Assembly (NCBI RefSeq): GCF_044704955.1
Contig: NC_091984.1
Span: 144,088,001-144,152,000, forward strand
DNA length: 64,000 nt
Source: Pristiophorus japonicus
Taxonomy: Eukaryota
Direction of reading: 5' to 3'
This document shows, piece by piece, positions 56,533-64,000 of this stretch. Positions within the stretch are counted from its first letter, which is position 1, and every line of letters begins with the position of its first letter. The position numbers and the translations under genes are program-made. Below the pieces are notes generated by a model. The model saw only the letters and a program-made list of their open reading frames with translations. It had not been told where the DNA came from and did no database searches.

Positions 56533-58790
56533 ATGGTAGAATTCTTTATTACGATGGAGAGTGAGACAGTTATTTCAGAGACTCGGGTCCTGAACTTAAG
56601 GAAAGGTAACTTCGATGGTATGAGACTTGAATTGGCTAGAATAGACTGGCGAGTGACACTTAAAGGGTTGACAGTGGATAGGAAATGGGAAACATTTAAA
56701 GATCACATGGATGAACTTTAACAATTGTACATCCCTGTTTGGAGTAAAAAATTAAAAGGGGGAAGGTGGATCAAGTGTGGCTAACAAGGGAAATTAAGGA
56801 CAGTGTTAAATCCAAGGAAGAGGCATATAAATTAGTCAGAAAAAGCAACAAACCTGAGGACTGGGAGAATTTTATAATACAGCAGAGGAGGACAAAGGGC
56901 TTAATTAGGAGGAGGAAAATAGAGTCTGAGAGGAAGCTTGCTGGGAACATAAAAACTGACTGCAAAAGCTTCTTTAGATATGTGAAGAGAAGAAGATTAG
57001 TGAAAACGAACATAGGTCCCTTGCTGTCAGATTCAGGTGAATTATAATGTGGAACAAAGAAATGGCGGACAAGTTAAACAAATACTTTGGTTCTGTCTTC
57101 ACGAAGGAAGACACAAATAATCTGCCAGAAATACTAGGGGACTGAGGGTCTAGTGAGAAGGAGGAACTGAAGGAAATCCTTATGAGACGGGAAATTGTGT
57201 TCGGGAAATTGATGAGATTGAAGGCCGATAAGTCCCCGGGGCCTGACAGTCTGTATCCCAGAGTACTTAAGGAAGTAGCCCTAGAAATAGTGGATGCATT
57301 GGTGATCATTTTCCAACAGTCTATCGACTCTGGATCGGTTTCCATGGACTGGAGGGTAGTAAATATAATACCATTTTTTAAGAAAGGAGGGAGATTGAAC
57401 ACGGGTAATTATAGACTGGTTAGCCTGACATCAGTAGTGGGGAAATGTTGGAATCAATTATTAAAGATGAATTAGCAGCACATTTGGAAAACAGTGATGG
57501 GATCAGTCCAAGTCAGCATGGATATATGAAAGGGAAATCCTGATTGACAAATCTTCTAGAATTTTTTGAGGATATAAGTAGTAGAGTGGACAAGGGAGAA
57601 CCAGTGGATGTGGTGTATTTGGACTTTCGAAAGGCTTTTGACAAGGTCCCACACAAGAGATTGGTGTGCAAAATTAAAGCACATGGTATTGGGGGTAATG
57701 TACTGACTTGGATAGAAAACTTATTGGCAGACAGGAAGCAGAGAGTCGGGATAAATGGGTCTTTTTCAGAATGGCAGGTAGTGACTAGTGGGGTGCCGCA
57801 GGGCTCAGTGCTGGGACCCCAGCTATTTACAATATATATTAATGATTTGGATGAGGGAATTGAGTGTAATATCTCCAAGTTTGCAGATGACACTAAGCTG
57901 GGTGGTGGTGTGAGCTGTGAGGAGGATGCTAAAAGGCTGCAGGGGGACTTGGACAGGTTAGGTGAGTGGGCAAACGCATGGCAGATGCAGTATAATGTGG
58001 ATAAATGTGAGGTTATCCACTTTGGTGGCAAAAACACGAAGGCAGAATATTATCTGAATGGCGTGGCGGCAGAGTAGGAAAAGGGGAGGTACAATGAGAC
58101 CTGGGTGTCATGGTACATCAGTCATTGAATGTTGGGATGCAGGTACAGCAGGTGGTGTAGAAGGCAAATGGTATGTTGGCCTTCATAGCTAGGGGATTTG
58201 AGTACAGGAGCAGGGAGGTCTTACTGCAGTTGTACAGGGCTTTGGTAAGGCCTCAGCTGGAATATTGTGTAAGTTTTGGTCTCCTAATCTGAGGAAGGAT
58301 GTTCTTGCTATTGAGGGAGTGCAGCGAAGGTACACCAGACTGATTCCCGGGATGGCAGGACTGACATATGAGGAGAGACTGGATTGACTGGGCCTGTATT
58401 CACTGGAGTTTAGAAGGATGAGAGGGGATCTCATAGAAACATATAAAATTCTGACGGGACTGGACAGGTTAGATGCGGGAAGAATGTTCCCAATGTTGGG
58501 GAAGTCCAGAACCAGGGGACATAGTCGAAGGATAAGGGGTAAGCCATTTAGGACTGAGATGAGGAGAATCTTCTTCACTCAGAGAGTTGTTAACCTGTGG
58601 AATTCTCTACCGCAGAGAGTTGTTGATGCCAGTTCATTGTATATATTCAAGAGGGAGTTAGGTATGGCCCTTATGGCTAAAGGGATCAAGGGGTGTGAAG
58701 AGAAAGCAGGAAAGGGGTACTGAGGTGAATGATCAGCCATGATCTTATCGAATGGCCTACTCCTGCACCTATTTTCTATGTTTCTATTTC
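56533..58790 (+). mobile_element. 5'-truncated CR1 LINE, same family as 20529-25199
   Basis: RT motifs with stops; CTATGTTT tail. Confidence 0.92.
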
Positions 58791-58819
58791 TTATACTCTT
58801 ATTATAAATACAACAACAA

Positions 58820-59630
58820 AAACGTACCTTTATATAGCATCTTTAAAGTAGTAAAACAGCACAAGGCACTTCACAAGAGCGTTATCAAACAACATTTGAC
58901 ACTGAGCCACATAAGGAGATATTAGGGCCGATAGCCAAATGCTTAGTCAAGGAGGTAGGTTTTAATGAGAGTCTTAAAGGAGGAAAGAGACGGAGCCAGG
59001 CGGAGAGGTACAGGGCGGGATTTCCAGAGCCTAGGGCTTCAGCATCTTCAGGCACGGCAACCAATAGTGGAGCCCTTATAATGGGAGGTGCACAAGAGGC
59101 CAGAATTGGAAGAGCACGGCTATCTGCGAGGATTGCAGGGCTAGAGGATATTACAGAGATAGAGAGGGCCAAATCTATGGAGGGATTTGAAGATCAGGAT
59201 GAGAATTTTAAAATCCAGGCAATGCTTAACAAGTATCCAATGTAGGTCAGCGAGTACAGGGGCGGTGGGTGAACGGCACTTTGAGAGAATTAGAATACTG
59301 GCAGTAGCCCTTTGGATGACATCAAGTTTACGTAGAGTAGAATGTGCGAAGCCGGCCAGGAGAGCACAGGAATAGTCAAGTCGAGAGGTAACAAAGGCAA
59401 AGATGGGGTTTTCAGCTGGGGATGTGTTGAGGCAAGGGCAGAGACGGGCGATGTTACAGAGGTGCAAATAGGCAGTCTTAGTGATGGCACGTGTTCAGAA
59501 GCTCATCACGTGTCAACTATGACACCAAAGTTGCAAACTTTCTGGTTCAGCTCAGTCAGTTGCAAGGGAGAGGGGTGGAATTGGTGGCTAGGGAACGGAT
59601 TTTGTGATGGGAACAAAGACAATGGGTGAG
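58820..59630 (-). mobile_element. L2-clade LINE 3' fragment
   Basis: AFVTSRLDYSCALLAG...PVLADLHW...FKILILIFKSLH. Confidence 0.85.
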
Positions 59631-59649
59631 AAATTATTTATATCCAGGA

Positions 59650-60045
59650 ATGGGCGGTATCATTTGAAAAGTTGGAGAATTAGCGCCAGGTGCTAATGCT
59701 TTAGACTGTACGCAAAATTCATGCTGACCACTCAAAGAAATGATTGGAGTGCGAATTCAAGTCTTTACGCCCAAGCTCATTGGCATTACGCTCAAAAGGT
59801 GGACCAATATCACGTGCAGTTTAATTGACAGTCATCATTTTCACCGGCTGGTTCCAGTTCTTAAAGGGGAGGCTGATTGATGCTGCAGAAGCTCATTCTC
59901 AGCATTGCTGGCTGTGCAGCTGCCTCAGCAAGGAGCAGGACAAGGACAAGGAGCCAGAGGACAGAAGCAGCTGTACTCATGGCAGATCCATGCCCCAGGG
60001 AGAGAGCCTGCACATTCTGCAATGAAGCATTGGAGGCATTGGCGT
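59650..60045 (+). mobile_element. Harbinger left-end remnant with the start of the Myb-like ORF
   Basis: MADPCPRERACTFCNEALEAL parallels the ORF start at 25560. Confidence 0.5.
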
Positions 60046-60151
60046 TCACTATGTTTATCCCGTCCAATATTTCACTCTCTTCCTCCTTATCTTCAATGTC
60101 GGCATGGTCCCCCTCTTTTTGAAGATCGACTCAAATTATTCATTAAGTACC

Positions 60152-63100
60152 GGTAAAGTCCTGTCCCCTCAGTACAGATTCACACAAGGCATGTAGTGAA
60201 GTCAAGGTCTCTCTGGACCTGCACCTTTATTTCACAGCTCTGGAATGCTGCACTTGCCTGAGACCTGTCCTTATATACCTGTCTCTTGCAAGTGCACCCC
60301 TGGTGGTTACAGGTCATATCTTATTACAGTCATGTATAGCATGTTAGGATACAGTTATATATAATAATGTAAGATACATGACATCCCCCTCCCCCAAGGT
60401 CTTATTGTCTTTATAGGTTCAGTCTCTCAGGTGGTCTACGCTCTCGCGTGGAGCTTCTGAGTTGTGGTTCAGTTGTTTGCCTTGGTGTCTGTTTTTCTTT
60501 GGGTGTGGTTACTGGTATCTCGCCTGGAATGTCTGTTTTGATTGGTGTGATTGTTGTTGACTCGCCTGGGCTGTCTGTTGGGATTGCCCTTTCCTCAGGT
60601 TGTTCCCTCTATCTGTTCACCAGGTGTGGTGCGAGTTCCACATTGTAGTCTGCCTCTGGTTCCGCAGTGTTGTTGGTCAATCTGCTTTTGACTTGGTCCA
60701 CATGCCTCCGGCAGGTTTTGCCATTGTCCATTTATACTACCAGTAGCCTGTTTCCTTCCTTGCCCGTTACTGTCCCTGCAAGCCATTTGAGACCCCTGCC
60801 GTACTTGAGGACAAACACTTTGTCCCCTATCTCATTCCATCTCCTCCTTGAATTTCTGTCATGGTACTCAGCCAGCTTACGGCGCTTTGCCTCAATGATT
60901 TTGTGCATGTCTGGGAGGATTAATGAGAGCCTTGTTTTTCAAGTCCTTTTCATCAACAGTTGCGCAGGGGGGATCCCAGTCAATGAGTGCGGACGAGATC
61001 TGTATGCCAGCAGCAGTCGCGACAGGCGACCCTGCAGCATGGGACCTTGGATTTTAAGCATGCCTTGTTTAATGATTTGCACTGCTCTCTCTGCCTGGCC
61101 GTTGGAGGCCGGCTTGAATGGTGCCATCTTGACGTGATTTATGCCGTGGTCAATTATAAAATCTTGGAATTCTGCGCTGGTGAAGCACGGACCATTGTCA
61201 CTGACCAATATGTCAGGGATTCCGTGCGTTGCAAACATGGTTGCGAGGCTCTCCACAGTGGTGGAGGTTGTGCTCGAGTTTTAAAATGGTGCATTCGATC
61301 CACTTTGAAAATGCATCTACAACTACGAGGAACATTTTGCCCATGAATCGGCCCGCAAAGTCTACGTGCACCCGCGACCACGGTTTGGTAGGCCAGGGGC
61401 TCAGGGGAGCCTCCCTGGGGGCATTGCTGAGTTGGGCACAAATGATGCACCTTCGGACACAGAGCTCCAAGTCCGGGTCAATACAAGGCCACCAGATGTG
61501 GGATCTGGCTATGGCCTTCATGAGAACGATCCCCAGGTGCTCGCGGTGGAGCTCTCGGACAAATGCCTCTCTGCCTCGCAGAGGCATGATGACTCGGCTG
61601 CCGCACATCAGGCAGTCTGCTGGTAGGGACAGCTCATGCATGCGCCTGTGAAAGGGTTTTAATTCCTCGGGGCAGGCATCGCGAGCCTCTGCCCAGTCAC
61701 CGGTTAGGACATATCTTTTTACTAAGGAAAACGTGGGGTCGCTGGCCGTCCAGGCTTTGATTTGGTGAGCCATCATGGGCTAACCTGTGGACTCAAAGGC
61801 ATTGATTGCCTTGACTATCTCACAGTCCTGTTCGTCAGACCCTTCCGTGGTCGCCAGGGGTAGCCTGCTGAGCGCGTCGGCACAGTTGTCTGTGCCTGGT
61901 CTGTGCCTTATGGTATAGTCGTAGGACGCCAGCATGAGTGCCCACCGTTGAATTCGCGCCGAGGTGTTGGCGTTTATTGTCTTGCTCTCGGATAGGAGGG
62001 ACATGAGGGGCTTGTGGTCGGTTTCTAATGCGAACTTGGCCCCGAAAAGGTATTGGTGCATCTTTTTGACACCGTACACGCACGCGAGCACCTCCTTCTC
62101 GACCATTCCGTACCCGCGCTCCGCCCGCACAAGAGACCTGGAGGCATAAGCTATGAGTTGTAATTTGCCCGCACTATTGACATGTTGTAAAAGGCACCTG
62201 ACTCAATACGCTGACGCATCGCATGTGAGAACTAGCTTGTTACCTGGATCAAAGAAAGTCAAAACACTGTTGGAACACAGAAGGTTGCATGCCTTATTGA
62301 AAGCGCGTTCCTGGGCGTCCCCCCAAAACCAATTGCACCCCTTCCTGAGTAGCATGTGTAGAGGCTCCAGCAGCATGCTTAAGTTCTGCATAAAGTTCCC
62401 AAAGTAATTTAGTAGCCCGAGAAAGGCATGCAGTTCTGAGACATTACGGGGCCTGGGTGCCAGGCGAATTGCTTCTGTTTTGGACTCTGTTGGGCGGATT
62501 CCATCAGTGGCAATCCTTCTGCCCAAAAATTCAACCTCGGCTGCGAGAAACAGGCACTTGGATTTCTTGACTCGTAGGCCTACCTGATCCAACCGCTTTA
62601 GTACTTCCTCCAAATTACGGAGATGGGAGTCGGTGTCCCTGCCCGTGATAAGTATGTCGTTTTGAAATACAACCGTCCCCGGGATGGACTTGAGCAGACT
62701 CTCCATGTTGTGCTGGAATATGGCAGCTGCCGACCTGATGCCGAATGGGCATCGATTGCACATGAAAAGGCCTTGATGTGTGTTGATGGTGGTGAGTAGC
62801 TTGGATTCTTCGGTCAATTCTTGTGTCATATACGCAGATGTGAGGTCTAGTTTTGAGAAAAGTTTACCTCCAGCCAATGTGGCAAATAAGTCCTCCGCTC
62901 TGGGCAGCGGGTACTGGTCCTGTAGGGAGACTCTGTTTATGGTGGATCTGTAGTCCCCACAGATTTGTACGGATCCATCAGACTTCATGACTGGGACGAT
63001 GGGACTTGCCCAGTCGCTAAATTCCACAGGTGATATAATGCCTTCCCGCAGAAGCCTGTCTAGTTCGTGTTCAATCTTTTCCCTCATCACATAGGTACAG

Positions 63101-64000
63101 CTCTGGCCTTGTGATGGACCGGTCTAGCATCGTGCGTGATGTAGATTTTGACTTTGGCCCCTTTGAAAATGCCCACACCTGGCTGAAAGAGATGTTCAAA
63201 TCGCTTTATAACTGTTGAGCAGGAGGTCCATTCCTCTAATGACATGGCATGGACATCATCCCATTTCCAGTTTAGTTTTGCCAGCCAACTTCTCCCCAGC
63301 AGTGCTGGGGGGTCTCCGGGGACAATCCACAGGGGAAGTCGGTTCACTGTCCCTTTGTGTGTGACAGAGAGCATGGCGCTGCCGAGGAATAGTACGATTT
63401 ATTTGGTATAGGTCCTTAGTGTGGTGTCGACCCTTGTGAGTTTTGGTCTGTCTCTTTTATGCGGCCACAGTTTTCAAATTGTTGAGCGGCCATGAGAGAT
63501 TGAGTCGCTTCCGTATCCAGCTCCATGTTGACAGGTATCCCGTTGAGTAGGACCCTCATCATTATAGGAGGCGTCCTGTTGTAGGAGCAGCGGCCATTGA
63601 TTGTGTTGACCCACTGTACATCGGTGTCCCGGGTACTGTCCCCACCGTTTTCTGGTCCGCTTTCCGACCCATCCGATTCGTATACCAGCTGAGTTGCCGT
63701 TATTTTGTACATGCGCCAAATGCCCTGTATATTCACAGTTCCTGCAAACAGCCTGCTGAAATCGACATCCCATTGATGAGTGCCCACCCCCGCACCTCCA
63801 GCACAGACCGGTTCCATTGTTCAAAGTGTTGCCAAAGAATGAGCTGTGTCTGGCTGATCTCTCTTGAGCTTCTCTCAGTTTGTAGTTGATTGCTCGCATT
63901 GTGGGTTAATGAGGTGTGAACGGCCGTTCCTGTGGCCCTTGATGGCTTCTGGCACCAATGATTGCTGTCGAGAGCCTGTTTTCCCAGTTTTGTCTGTGTG
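60152..64000 (-). mobile_element. Gypsy LTR retrotransposon (gag end, protease, RT, RNase H, integrase, 3' LTR), frameshifted; continues beyond the window
   Basis: MELDTEA protease; WASPIVPV, FSKLDL and PFG RT; integrase H-H-C-C and VSDNGP; PPT 60385-60395; 3' LTR at about 60152-60383. Confidence 0.93.

Noticed and set aside
37545-64000. Second V, J or C in plus orientation after the inverted enhancer copy
   Set aside because: No leader, WYQQ/DYYC, FGXG or C1-set motifs were found in the ORF track or by eye.

Overview
Repeat-dense vertebrate genomic DNA, almost certainly from a cartilaginous fish (shark). The only host gene is one complete, apparently intact, unrearranged immunoglobulin kappa-type (NS4/type III-like) light-chain minilocus on the minus strand: leader 14895-14943, V 14409-14707 with a 12-RSS, a single J 12881-12915 with a 23-RSS, and C 3943-4271. 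The rest is mostly CR1, RTE, L2 and Tx1 LINEs, Gypsy elements and solo LTRs, Harbinger transposons, SINEs and minisatellites. Four observations stand out. (1) A 342-bp retroposon at 46836-47177, built as a mosaic of U2 and U1 snRNA pieces with a poly(A) tail and a 15-bp target-site duplication (SINEU-like). (2) A compact B-cell-enhancer-like motif cluster about 2.7 kb upstream of V, with an inverted orphan copy at about 31.2-31.4 kb. (3) A near-identical duplication at a 24,002-bp offset that brackets the whole V-J-C cluster and breaks 4 nt from a perfect RSS heptamer. (4) A full-length CR1 with seven 71-bp TATA-containing 5' monomers. All family assignments come from recognition by eye, not from database searches.
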